From: Saccostrea cucullata
Lineage: Eukaryota
Assembly (NCBI RefSeq): GCF_032062105.1
Contig: NW_026941496.1
Span: forward strand, 62,001-126,000
Reading direction: 5' to 3'
DNA: 64,000 nt
Positions 40,470 through 53,755 of this stretch are shown in pieces. Position 1 is the first letter of the stretch. Each line of letters starts with the position of its first letter. The notes under the pieces were generated by a model. That model saw only the letters and a list, made by a program, of their open reading frames with translations. It did no database searches and was not told the DNA's origin. The position numbers were made by a program, and so were the translations under genes.

Positions 40470-40785
40470 TCGTAAGTTCTATGGTCGATACGATGACCTT
40501 GTCAGCAAATACAGTTTATCATTGAGTCAAATGGTGACCGATGTTTTTCATACTTACTGTTAGTCCATTTTTTATACACTGAATGGAAGTAGGATTTTCT
40601 GTTATTTCCCGATTATGACAAGGAGCACATCGCGTTTGTGACTGGCCAGCAGGGGATACTCACTCCTCCATGGCACCTGATCCCACCACTGATATTTTGG
40701 ATGTTCCTGTTTGCTCTGCTCCTATTTTGTATTTTTTTTTTTGGACTTTTGATATTGAATACTGTTCGTTATCTCCAGATGATTC
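40470..40785 (+). mobile_element. Penelope-like retroelement 3' end
   Basis: RKFYGRYDDLVSKYSLSLSQMVTDVFHTYC* plus the conserved 3' UTR. Confidence 0.85.
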
Positions 40786-41517
40786 ATCTAAATTTTGAAT
40801 TAAAGACCACAACACTAGACTTTTACTTTATTTACTTCGTTTGATTTTAAATGTTTGTGTGTTGGTTTTTTCTTTTCTTTTTCATCTTTGTATAGTTTTT
40901 CCGGGGTGTTTGTGTTGTTTTTTAAAGTGTGTGTGTGTGGTTTTTTTAATTTTTTTTTTTTTGAAAATTGCAGCCACGTAGCATCGGTTTTGAAAATGAG
41001 GAGGGGGCAGCCAGAGAAATTTTTTTTACTTACCTGAAAAAGTTGACAAGCAAAAAGAAAAAAAGGGAAAAGTCTCCCAAAGTCGAAAATTCTATTTCGT
41101 GAGGGGGGGGGGGGGGGGAGGAGTATAAGACAACTTTGTTCAATACCCCCCGATAAGTTCCTTCCATAAAAGTAAGTAATACTTATGCAGTAGTCCTGTT
41201 GGTGTGTCGTTGCAGTACATGTATACGCTTGACCATGGGCACTTCCGGTTCCGGTTTCAGTGAATTTCCGGTTAAACCCTAGGATGGTTTAGTGGTATCT
41301 AATCTAGCAATTTTTATATGTTGTATGGAATTATAACTACTTGACGTGCTGATATCTTGCATTGTAATTGATTGTAAACGCCTCACCTTTATCAATGATG
41401 TAATCTTTTCTGATTGAAGGATATCCAGTTTCTGTATATCCTATGTCGTCTATAAACTTCTCATGTTCTTCTATTTCATCTAAAGATTCTGCAGTTTTAT
41501 TCAGATTCTTAGATGGA

Positions 41518-42620
41518 CAGCTTAAAAACTTACGACTTTTAAACATTATACACAACCATTCCCCACGATAAATTAAAGTCCAGGCTTTCTGATCTCATTG
41601 ACAGCTGCTTTTTCAGCTAAATGGAACTGAATGGAACTCGTAAATTGACTTACTTGGTCATTTGTCATTTGCAAAATTATTTTGTAAAAACACATTCTGA
41701 TTGCACACACAAGTACTCTGAAGTTGACATCAAAAAGATACTTGAGTTTCTGATTGACAATATCTATGTGGTTTTTGGAAACCATGTCTTCCAACAATAT
41801 GTTGGAATTTCCATGGGTACCAATTGCGCTCCGTTATTAGCAGACCTATTTTTGTATTCATATGAAGCAGAATTTGTGTAAAATCTTATGCATGAAAAGA
41901 AGAAAACACTTGCTGTGACCTTCAACTCAACATTTAGATAAATCGACGACGTATTGTCAATTAACAATGGTAATTTTCATTCCTATGTCGATACGATATA
42001 ACCTGGTGAGCTTGAGATAAAAGATACCACAGAGTCTGACACATCTGTTTAATACTTGGATATTTTGTTTGAAAAAGATGTTAATGGTAATAACAACCAA
42101 GCTCTATGAACAACGTGATGACCTTAACTTTTCTATCGTCAACTTTCCTTACTTATGCAGCAATATACCTTCATCACCTGCATACGGAGTTTATATATCT
42201 CAGTTGATTCGATATGCAAGTGCATTCTCTACGTATGAACAATTTCTAAAGCGAGTTAATTATTGACAAACAAGTTGATGAAACAAGAATATCAGCAGTG
42301 TCGTTTAAAGTCATCATTTCGTAAGTTCTTTGGTCGATACAATGACCGACCTTGTCAGCAAATACAATTTATCCTTGAGTCAAATGCTGACCTATGTTTT
42401 TCATGCTAATTGTTAGTCAATTATTTATACATTGAGTTGACGACGGATTTTTCCGCAATTTCCCGATCATGACAAGGAGCACACGGCGGGTGTGACTGGT
42501 CAGCAGGGGATGCTCACTTTTCCCATGGCACCTGATCCCACCTCTGATGTTTAAGAGGTATGTTTTATTTTGTATTGTTTTATGGACTTTGATATTGAAT
42601 ACTTTTCGTTATTTCCATAT
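41518..42620 (+). mobile_element. Best-preserved Penelope-like (probably Naiad-type) RT fragment, 5'-truncated, with stops and frameshifts
   Basis: KTYDF.TLYTTIPHDKLKSRL, QQYVGISMGTNCAPLLADLFLYSYE, FR*IDDVLSINN, TTKLYEQRDD and YGVYISQLIRYA. The ORF ends shortly after the RT thumb with no C-terminal GIY-YIG domain. Confidence 0.9.
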
Positions 42621-43659
42621 CCTTTATCAAATACTTTTATATATATAATTAAAATGAGAATGAATCTGCATAAAAAATAAAGTGGATAAAGGAAGAGAAA
42701 TATTCTCCGTGTACAAAAAGAACTCTTTTTTTTTTAACATTCAGATTCAACAAAATTTCAATGAACATTCAGGTAAAATATTTAAATTACTCGCAATACA
42801 AAAGCAAACATACATAATTAAGTAAAACAACATTTTATTACATTGATCCATTAGTTTTTATTTTGCCATATATATTGTGCCATATTACAAAATATACAAA
42901 ACAATTCTGTTGATTGGAATTGTTGATTATTACAAAATTTAACAAAATCACAAATACTAAATCATGAAAATTTGTAAGAGAATACTAAAGGATAATCGAA
43001 TCTCATTATTACTCATTTTAATAGAATAAAAGTAGAATTGTATTCGCCACGTTAGAGTGTTGTGCTTTTTCACAAAAGGCAGAAAGGCGATAAGAATACA
43101 GACGATATTGATTGAAACCTGCCTGTATATAACTTGTTTTAATTGTTAATACGGCTTAAAAAACCAGGCATTCAATGATTACTTCTGACGGGAGCTGTGT
43201 ATACTATGGCAAATGAAATGCAATTGGAGCTATATATCTTTGATATAAGCATGGAAAAGGTTCTAGGAAGTTAACGGCATCATGTAGTTTATTTATTTAA
43301 TGATAATTTATTTTTCGTTATTTTTAAATTAAATTTTCTAATGAATTATTTCTTTTTAAAATTTATTATTCTCTGTGTAGATACATCTGTTTAACGGCTA
43401 GAAAAATTATTATTAATGCCCCTTCCTCCATTTAAAATCTTGTGTATTTTAATGGCTTAAAATTAATGAAAATTTTTAGATATCAATTTTAAATTAATTT
43501 TAAATTTCAACAGAAAGCAATTCAGAAGTATTTAAACATGGTATGTTGTAATCTCAATGTAAAAATAGCCTTTTTATAATACCTAGACAGAAAATAACAC
43601 TAGCTTAGAAGCTTTAGTAATCAAAACGGAAAAATGAAGAAGTCAACTTAACGAAATAA

Positions 43660-44300
43660 ATGGTGATAACGAACAGTTTTCAAGCTCAAAAGTCACGGAG
43701 TTGTGAGTATTTCCTGTCGACCGGTCACACCCCCAGTGTGCTCCTGGTCATGACTGGGAAATGACAAAAAAAGTCCGTCGACAAATTAGTGTTTAAAAAA
43801 ATGACCAAACAAAAAGTATGAAGAACGTCAGTCAGCATTTGACTCAATGATAAATTGTATTTTCTGACATGGTCATTGTATTGACCATAGAACTTACGAA
43901 ACTTTATAACGAGCTTGCTGATACTATTCTTTCATCATCTTTTTTGTCAATAACTTATTTTGTTTTAGACACTGTTCATACGTGGAGCACGCTCTTGGGT
44001 ATAGAATCAACTGATAGATATATACCTCGTATGCAGGTGATGAAGGTATATTGCGTAATAAATAAAGGAAGTTGCCGATTGAAAAGTTAAAGTCATTTTG
44101 TTTATCATAGAGCTTGGTTGTTAGATGAAACAAATATGTGATATATGTCGGAATCTGGTTTCTTTATTTCAAGCTCACCGGGATATATCGTAAATGAAAT
44201 AAGAATAGAAATAACCATGGTTAATACGTTGTCGATACAGATTATTATCGAGTTGAAGGCTACAACAAGTGTTTTCCTCTTTTGTCGTATAAGATTTTAA
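43660..44300 (-). mobile_element. Penelope-like retroelement 3' fragment
   Basis: TTKLYDKQNDFNFSIGNFLYL..NIPSSPAY; inverted relative to the 41.5-kb copy. Confidence 0.85.
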
Positions 44301-45808
44301 GCATTAAGTGTTATTAAGTACAGATGATGTTGGAATTTCCAGTACCTTGCTGGGAGGAAAAAATAGCTTAGTGGTGATTAATTTTAAAATTTTTAAAGGA
44401 ACCGGAATTTTGTAAAATCTATTGTTTAGGGTGTTGAAAAGCCTTGAAAAACATATCCATGATACACGTATCATTAAAAATTAAGCTGATACTCAAAGTA
44501 CATAGTTAACCTATCAACAGTATTACAAAATTACTATTTTAAAAAGTTCAGTTATAACAATTCTTCAGAAGTCGGAAAAAATGAGGTTGAATTTTTAAAA
44601 AATATATTACATACCAGTATCTGGTTGTGTTGAATTTTTTTTTCTAAAAATATATTACAATGTACATGTCTTCTCGCAGTATGCTTATTTCCTGCCTTCT
44701 CTCAGAAGGAGAGATTAAAGGTAAGATCTAGACTGTGTTATTAGTGTCAGTCCAATAACTCTGCAGGGACTGTCCATGAGACAAAGTGCAATTTCACTGT
44801 ATTGATCTAAACTCCTATTTCAAATTAATGAAAACAGGACGTGGCTCTATCAGTTTTCAAGAAGAACATTAAAATAATGTTTAGATAAAATAGTGCGGTA
44901 GAGAAATTTTTAAAAGAGATACTAATCATCCGAAAGTCTCAAATAAATATGCTAATCTCACCAAAAATAAAAATAAAACAAATGAACTATAGAGTAAACG
45001 AAGAGTATTCAAGCTCAGAAAGTCCATTCAAATTTTATCAATCAGAAACAGCGCAATTTTGCTCCTCTATAACATCAGAGATGGGATCAAATGAAAATAC
45101 ATGTATAGTTCTTAAAGTTCAATGTGCGTGCTCTTTTTAACGAATTAAATATTTGGAGCGATCACTATTGACTTACATATTAATAAGGTATTTTTTGCAA
45201 AGATTTAAAGAGAAAATATGAAAACCCCTCAATATATATGATTATAAGAGGATATATAAATTCAAGTTATTTTGTTGTTGTTGTTGTTTTTATTTCAATA
45301 CTACAAGGACCATCATTATTTTTTTAAACAATCTCTACTTTGAATTTTTGGTTGCTTTGTCTCAGTATCTATTCATTTCATGTCATTTAGTACATCTACC
45401 TTTTGAGTAGAGAATTTCATTTCCTCTTTTCCACTCCTTATCTAAATTAACTCTTCTTAAATTGAATTTCTAACATATATTCGTTGCTTTTAGTACGAAC
45501 AGAGAGATATCAGACATTAATTGAAGATAAAAATTCAGTTCCATCCTTTACATCAAGCACGATATTGAGTGATTTTTGCGACAGTAAAGTGATAATGACA
45601 CATGCAATGCAAACGATTAAATCCCACCATAATAACCTACAGCCTCTGGGAGTCTTCAACTGGAATAGATCTATTTACATATTGGAGTATTAAATGTAAT
45701 GTTGATAAACACGTGCACAACACATTGTTTTATAATGGGCTACTAATGTTGGTTTTTGGCAATATATACTTCCGTAGAAATTCAGTTTTTAAGTTATAAA
45801 GAGGAGAA

Positions 45809-46852
45809 TTATGTTGTTTCGGATAGACTATGCTGGGAGCATTTAAATCTCCGAAATGTAAAGATACTCTTCAATCCAAGACGAAAGTTTGCACAAAAAG
45901 CAATATAAACTATGAAGTTCGCTGTAAATGAAAAATAGTATATATTTTGAAGAATTTGATTGATGTAATAATCCTGTAAATTAGATGAGTCTTCTTCATT
46001 TAACAAGAAAGAGATCTGATAGCAGAGTCTAAATATAAAACATGGACTGCTGAACACGACATGGGACAGACTGATCAACAAGAGAACACGAGCTATTCGG
46101 AGGAGGGATCTCTCTCGTCTTGATATCCTGATATTTGAATGATATCTAAAGAAAGAGACTCTGATATCTTTCATAAGAAGATGTCTACCAACACATGCAC
46201 AAATGATAGTTATTGTAATTATTCCTGGTAGCAAGAAGGTGACTACCATGTCAATGAAGAACACCAATCGTGTCAGCAGGGCTCGCTGGTCACTTCCTGG
46301 TGTACAGACCAGCATGTTGGACCTTTGTTCCACTCGTGTGGACCATAGTGTCGTAGAGTATAGAAGAAGAGAAGTGGCGATAAGGCAAGAAACAAGAATT
46401 TTAGCCTTTCGACGTTTACATACGAACCTGGCTGCTCTGATATGGTGGACAATGACATAATGTTCAAAGGTGATTACAGCAATCAACCAAACCGTCATAA
46501 AACTGCAGACATAAGTCAGAAATACGACCAGTTGACAAATTCCATTTTGATTTATGACTGGAACATTTACCACAGCTAACCATGACAACAGAACTAGCAG
46601 CATGTAGACACTGGTGAAACAGGATAAAGAAGCCAGGTACAGATTGGAGGAATTCAGACGAAGGTTCTTTGAGGTGAAGACACGTGCCGCAGTAAGGTTA
46701 CCGAGAAACCCTATCACACAGATAACCGGTTGAACGTAGATCTCTGTTATCCTCCAAGCATCAATTAGTGCTTGGCTTGGTATATCTTCTTCATCAGCGG
46801 ATTTCAAAATTTCAATTAGAATGGAATAGTACTCTTCAATACTGAAGTTCAT
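45809..46852 (-). CDS. Intronless class A (rhodopsin-like) GPCR, invertebrate FMRFamide/peptide-receptor-like group, 347 aa
   Basis: Seven hydrophobic segments; TM1 GFLGN, Cys at the top of TM3 (GICQL), EHY at the DRY position, TM7 NFIVY, helix 8 NFR. Confidence 0.9.
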   Translation of the reverse strand: MNFSIEEYYSILIEILKSADEEDIPSQALIDAWRITEIYVQPVICVIGFLGNLTAARVFTSKNLRLNSSNLYLASLSCFTSVYMLLVLLSWLAVVNVPVINQNGICQLVVFLTYVCSFMTVWLIAVITFEHYVIVHHIRAARFVCKRRKAKILVSCLIATSLLLYSTTLWSTRVEQRSNMLVCTPGSDQRALLTRLVFFIDMVVTFLLPGIITITIICACVGRHLLMKDIRVSFFRYHSNIRISRRERSLLRIARVLLLISLSHVVFSSPCFIFRLCYQISFLLNEEDSSNLQDYYINQILQNIYYFSFTANFIVYIAFCANFRLGLKSIFTFRRFKCSQHSLSETT

Positions 46853-47764
46853 TTTTCTGAAAGGTTCTTTGTGGATTATCCTTTTTGAATGTTTTCACGG
46901 TGTCCAGACTGTCGTTCAAACTGCGTTCTGAAACATCGCTGATGCTTTTATTTTACACTGCACACTTTTTTTCCTTTGTAATAGCCATCAATCAATATTT
47001 AGTAACATACCTTGTGTTACGATAATGGTTTCTTATCAGCATATTAGCAGTGTGATATTACCATTCGATGCATCTAAATGACTGATTTATTAAAACAAGG
47101 TTATAACATTTCTGGGATTTCTGGTCATCTTATCACGTACTTCCGGATTTGTTGGACGACATAGACATACTAATGAATAAAGTTTGTCGGGCATATTAAT
47201 TTTATTTTATTTGAATAATGTGAAAGTCGCCTGAACTTTTCAACAATACCGCCTGATTTATCCCAAACATGACATTCAATCTGGAAAGATAAAATGCATC
47301 TGCTGTGTTGTACATGCTATTGGTTATTTACAATCGTTCACTTCATGTTATCAAATTTTTAATTAAGTGGGAGACAAATCAGTGGAGATTGTCTATATCT
47401 TACTTTCGATATTGCAATCATGTCCATGTGTTCGTTTGCGTTCAATGGGTTGTGATTAAATAAATTGTTTGCAGAAAACTGGAATATAGAAAGGGTTTTA
47501 TTGTTTGTTAAAAGACCAGCATCAAATTGTTAAAGATCAGGGTTAACATAAGATAGAAACTGATCCAAATTGGAGTGCACTGTGACAGGAATTTTAAGTC
47601 GAAATAGACAGGATGCCGGATTGCAAAGTGAAAAGAACATGGAAAATAAAAAAAAAGGAATAATTATGATTTTACAGTTGTCCCATTTGAAAGTATAAAT
47701 TGTACTTTCGTACATTATCTAAGAAAAACGTAAAATCTCTCCCGTTTTTAAAGGGGGAGGCAAA

Positions 47765-48212
47765 ATACATCAGAAACTCAAGCATATTTTTGATGTCGAC
47801 TTCCGAGTACTTGTGTGTACAATCAGAATGCTTTTTAACAAAATAATTGTGCAATTGACCAATAATAAGCTAAGTAAATTTTCGAGTTCTTTTTTATTGA
47901 AAAAGCAGCTGTCAATGATATTGAAAAGTCTGGATTTTAATTTGTCCTTGGGAATGGTTGTGTATAAAGTCGTAAGTTTTTAAGCTGCTGATTTTCGTGA
48001 TTTCAAAGTTTCTTTAAGTTCCTTGGAATTTTTAAGTATCCACATCTGATTCACACCACTTCTTGAATATATTGTTGCACAGTACTCGTGAAGTTTTTCC
48101 TTCACTACTGTTAATATCTTCGCGAGGAGTAAAGAAAGAGGCTTGGTTGAACATTTTCTGGAACCCGCTATGTATCTTGGTTTGTAAGGATTCTTATGAA
48201 GTTTTGGAATAA
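47765..48212 (-). mobile_element. Penelope-like RT N-terminal/fingers fragment
   Basis: IPKLHKNPYKPRYIAGSRKCSTKPLSLLL..SRSGVNQMWILKNSKEL..LYTTIPKDKLKSRL. Confidence 0.85.
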
Positions 48213-48681
48213 ATTACCTTTAAAAAAATATTCAAGAGGCGATGTCTTACAATCAATATTAATTAATTGCCGATTTTCTACATAAAATATTAACACTTTA
48301 ACCCCCTTCCCCGCAGTCACGCATTTTAACGCATATAGCATTTCCTATTTCTAACGCAAAATCACGCATATACCGTTTCCCCGCAATCACGCATTTTCAC
48401 GCACTTTTAAAAGTTCATTTAATCTTAAATTTAATGCCAATTTCCTTCTATTTTATACTTGCAAAATTCTCATCAAATAAGAAAAGTTATATTTGTATCA
48501 AAATATTACGTCATGATATTATTTACGCTGAACTTTAATGAAACGTGTACCTCGCTATAAGGTGCTTGCGGGGAAATGGTAAATATCTATTTCTATGACG
48601 TGAACATTCAGTGTATGTTGCATAACAGTTCAGTAAGTTGTAAAGAGTTAAATGTAGACTGATATGAAAATGCTATACATT

Positions 48682-49663
48682 TATATGTTACAGTAAATAT
48701 ATGTGAAATCAGGAATTCCATGTATTTCCTAAACCATTCAGTAAATATATGTATACTGGAGAAAATAATGTAATTACTGAAAAGCGAGGAAATTCATGTA
48801 TTTACTGAAAATTTTAGACAATGTTACATATTTTTACTGAACTAAGCTGGATGACTATACATATCCCTGAAAATATTCAGTAAGTACAAATACTAGTATG
48901 CGGTTTTTTTAAAGCAGCATTTATTAAGAATTGTTTCTAGAAAGATGACGTTATGCATTAATTTTGAATTCTGGGCAAGACTCAGTGCACTGACTTTCTA
49001 AAACTCCATTAGTGAAAATTAATGGTTTTTCTATTTCGAACCATTAAAATTGTGAGGGTGGAAAATTCTTAAAGTAAAGTTTCATCTTGAATTACTGACT
49101 TTAATTTCATTACATTTTATGTATTTTCTGGCATTTTTCACCATACAGCAAAACAACTGTTTTAATTGCAAATAAGATTTTTTTTCAGGGTTGCAAATTT
49201 CCTGACAATAAATTCAAAGTAGCATCGTATGAATATCTAATAAAGTAAGAAATAATTGTAAGTATTTTGTGATATCGATAACACATTCCAGAAAATGTAA
49301 CCAGTGCATCATTATGCTTTGGGGGATGGGGGTATACATGCATTTACAAATAAGGCATTTTTGAAATTTATGAATCAATAAAGGTTTATTTCAAATACTA
49401 TTTAGTCACATATGATGTGACTGATATATGCATTGAATGTACTGTACATCTGTTCATATTTATGATTCATATTTTAAATTATCTCTCCAAAACACAGTCA
49501 GTAAATATGTGTAAAAGGATTTAAAAAATTCAGTAAACACATGTATTCCCTAACTGAAATCAGTAAATATGTGTGTTTCCTAAGCAGAATAGGAATTTCA
49601 TGTTTTCCTAAATTTCAGGAAATATATGAAATTCCTGATTACACATATTTACTGTAACATATA
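48682..49663. mobile_element. Foldback-type non-autonomous element with subterminal CAGTAAATAT repeats
   Basis: tatatgttacagtaaatatatgtgaaatcaggaatt ... aattcctgattacacatatttactgtaacatata. Confidence 0.75.
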
Positions 49664-50019
49664 CATGTATGAATAGGAACAAAAATAGGAAAATGACGGA
49701 TGGCTAACAAGAGGTTTTGCAGCAATAAGCAAGGATTTTTTTCACTATATTTTTAACATAAAATATATATTCCTTGCAGTATCTAAACGTTGTGAAATTT
49801 TTATCCATGGAAATAGAATCATTTCGAGTTAACGCTCTTAGATTACAATCAATGGAGAGAGAAACAATTTTCTACAAGAAATCAAACTTTTAAAACTGCA
49901 TTCATTTCTAAAACGTTTATTTATAACAATTGGACATATCTATTTATTTAATCTTAAACATTCATCTGAGATGATAGATCCGGTTTTTCACGTCATTTGT
50001 GTATAAATGTCCTTCGTGT

Positions 50020-50610
50020 ACATGTTTATTTTTGTTCACAATGTACATTTATAAATTTTGTTAATTATGTAACACATGTAAAACATTTCTTACTATGAAT
50101 ACATTTATAAATTTTACTTGTAATACATTTTTATATTTTGCTTTATTGTAATACATTTCTATATTTTGCTTTATTGTAATACATTTATAAATTTTATTTA
50201 TAGTGTAATACAATTATATATTAATCATAATAAAATACATTTATTAATTTTCTTTTAATGTAATACATTAATTAATTCTGTTTATAATGTAATATAATTT
50301 ATAAATTTTGTTCACTATGTAGCACTTGTATCAATTTTGTTTGTAATGTAAAACATGTGCATTTTTTTCTACAAAGTAACACATGCATGAAATTTGTCCG
50401 CAATTTCATGTAAGTATATTTTGTTCACAATTTAATAAAAGTATGAATTTTGTTCACAACGCAACACAAATATAAGTTTTGTTTACTTTGTAATACGTGC
50501 ATAATTTTTTTTTTCAATACGTAATACATATTTAAGTTTTGTTCGTATTGTAATACGGAAAAAAATTTCGTTGTATAATACATATTTTGTTCATAGTTTA
50601 ATATATGTAA
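50020..50610 (+). repeat. AT-rich minisatellite, unit about 28-29 bp
   Basis: Recurrent tgtaatacatttataaattttgttcacaa variants, about 20 copies. Confidence 0.8.
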
Positions 50611-52049
50611 TTTTTTTCATTCTTTCCGTTTTGCAGCCCAACATTGCTGAATCAAGACATCTTTTTAGCGATATTATTTTTTAAGTAGTGTGAGTAGCAT
50701 TTTTGAGAATTTTACCTTGCTATTATAATGTTTCATTACGATGTATGTTAAAGTAATTTAAACGTTTATATATAATTAGACTAAAATAAAGTATTTAGTA
50801 AATAATTAAATTGATTCAAAAGAAAGACCTTTGTACAATCAAATATTTGGTATTATTTCAGAAAACAATATTGTACAGGACGACAATAATGCTTGTTAAC
50901 AATTATTCTATTACAAATCTGAACAACAGAAGTTTATGAATGTTCTTTTTTGTCTTTGAAATAATTTTTGACAATTTTGCAACAGAATTTTTTTACATCA
51001 AAGTTGCAGTTCATATTTCTTTAAACAGAAATTTAGGCATTGAGGTAATTTAAACACATTATATACAACAGTAGACCTATTAGAGAAAATTCCATAATTG
51101 TCGAAAATAACAATAATTTTCAAAAATAAATAATTTTTGGATTGAAAAAAAAACCCATCATCCATGATCAAGTAAATCTTTTCTGATTTATTAACAATTA
51201 CTTAATGTACATAATAAAATAAATAAGATCTCTTTTTTCTCTGACATTATAGCACAATATCCAAAGTTTAAATATTAAAGTAATAGCGTTTTTTTTAACC
51301 AGACCTTATTTACAAATAAAATTTCAACTACATGTATGTTAATTGCATAGCCCCTTTTTGTACATTTTTAAATCATTACTTTTATTATTCAGTCACATAT
51401 GAATTCCATTTTTCTTAACTTCAGATTTATTTTTCTTATCTTTTTGAAATTTAATTGTCAACTCACGATGAAAATTTCTTAATAATTATATTCATTTGAC
51501 AAGAATGTGTGAATGTTCAATCTGTCTTGTGCGGTTACCTAATATGAATTGTATGTGACATCGTTGACGGATTTTTTTGGTACTTAAGAATGATGTTTAT
51601 AGCATTTCGTTTTAGGTGTTTCTTGTACACAGTGAATTGAATTTATATAATATTTGGAGCTACGAGACAAACAACACCCACTTCTTAATCCAACTGTTAC
51701 AAATCATGTTTCCTTTAGTTTAATGTGTCCGTTAAACTAGTTATGAAAAAATGTTAAATATTTACTGCATAAAGCATGCTTTCTTTTTAACAAAGGCAAT
51801 AAAAATATTGCCTTCATCCATAAAAAATGGTAACCTTCAACAGCAATATTCCGACAATATTGAAAAGTTTAAATTTATGTTATGCTCTTTCAGCTGCAAA
51901 TTAATTGTAATCAAAATGCATTATTTTACCTAAAAGATATGGATCTTCAAACAAAACAGAATGTAACAGTAAACAATCATATTTACTAGGAAAATATTTT
52001 ACTTCAATAAAACATGGAGAAAACAAACAATAATCAAGCTTGAAAGACC

Positions 52050-52535
52050 ACTGAAACAATATAAACGAGAGCAGACCAAACACGGACCCCTGAAACCATC
52101 AGAGGTGGGATCAGATGCCATGGAGGTGTAGGCATTCACTGTCGATCAGTCATTTCTTGCCATGTGCTTCTTGCAGTGTTTGAGCAAACGAAAAATCCAT
52201 TGACAATTCAGTTTGTAAAAATTGCACTTACTTCGTATGAAAAACATCAGTCAACATGTGAATGATAGATTGAATTCGCCGTCAAGATCATTTTGTCGAG
52301 TATGAACTTGCAAAATGTTTATAGTCTATTTGAGTCTTCTGATATCCTTGTTTCATCAACTTGTTTCTCAAAGGTTACCTTATTTAAGAAATTATTAAAT
52401 TCATATGTTTTTCATGCTCTTGCGTATTAAATCAACTGGAAGACAAAAACTCTACATACAGTTGGAGATGGTGCATGTATATTGTAAAAGGAAATTGGAA
52501 AGTTGACGACTGAAAAGTTTGAATCATCACATTTA
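52050..52535 (-). mobile_element. Penelope-like retroelement 3' fragment
   Basis: cagaggtgggatcagatgccatggagg (reverse complement of the 3' motif) plus decayed RT C-terminus. Confidence 0.75.
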
Positions 52536-53755
52536 TAATGAGTTGAAAATGCTTTAAAATTGTTTCTTTAAACACATTAGTTATTGTGTAAAATATACAA
52601 AAGACAATATCTCATCCTTCGCATAAAAGATCTGAAGGATGATCCAGAACTAACTCTATCACATTTATATGCAATAGCGATAGAAGCATTCGACTTCATG
52701 CGGATGTAAGCCAAATAAGTCGATATTTTAATTGTTTTCTAATGTGTTGTGTAATCGTTTACTGAGCGGCCTGTCTCTGTCATGGTAATTGATTCCTCAG
52801 TGAGATAACAGAAACATTGACATGTTGATGGATATCATTTCACGGGCATGTTTCATCATCATGATTAAATGTGGTTCTTTGATGTGTACAGTGTAGTGTG
52901 AATCTCTGTGTTCATCATCACTTACTGGAGTTACAGGAAGCGCTTAACTTATATTCTGTTTATGATGATGTTTTGTTGTAAACTGTCAAAATTCGTGTTT
53001 TTCTGATAGTGTCACGTGCCACACTATATCGTGTAATTGTGAGCACAACATCAACAGAAATTCTGACTTCGTTTCTCAGTGTTTATTTTACTATGAACAT
53101 CTGATAAAATGTCGACATGAGTGACACGTATACAACATAAATAACAAAAGCTTATCAAATTTATTTGTTGAGGTGTCTTTGGTACAATTTGTTGATATAA
53201 CTTAGGTACAATATGTAAAGGTAACTTAGGTACATATTGTACATATACAAAGGATTGTTTATGGGATTTGACTACCTTTCGATTAAATGTTGCTTGTAGG
53301 AATTCAATTATGATGTTAACATGCAATTCGTTCATATCCTTTATATAGGAAATGATATTAGCTGATACACCTTAAACTTCATATAAATCTTAGCTTTACC
53401 TTTTTCATTTAATACTAATGGTTTGTTATTCACGGTTGTATAATTTGCTTATTTTTTTCAGTATATAATCACACATGCTTGATTTTGCACAAAATTCATT
53501 TTTCCTTGAAAGTGCATGAATTTCTAATTCATTTTTTTTCTTTGACTTGTTGATTCTATTAAAGACCAAACATCACAAACTTGTTACTGCAACTTGGTTC
53601 CTCTCTTTCTGTTAAATAACAAAAGTAAAAGATACCCGTGAAAATTAAATGAAAGTTGTCTATTTACCTATTTACCTCTATTATTTAACAGAAATATATG
53701 GAGATATCGATCAGTATATTCAAACTCAAAAGTCCATAATACAATACATGATTTA

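Noticed and set aside
42455-42550. SECIS element in the retroelement 3' UTR (some clam and spider Naiads encode selenoproteins)
   Set aside because: A GUGA...UGAU pair exists, but there is no proper helix II or apical AA, and the stops in the best copy are sporadic TAA rather than conserved in-frame TGA.
42420-42620. Hammerhead ribozyme in the retroelement 3' region
   Set aside because: No CUGANGA plus GAAA core in a compatible arrangement was found by eye.
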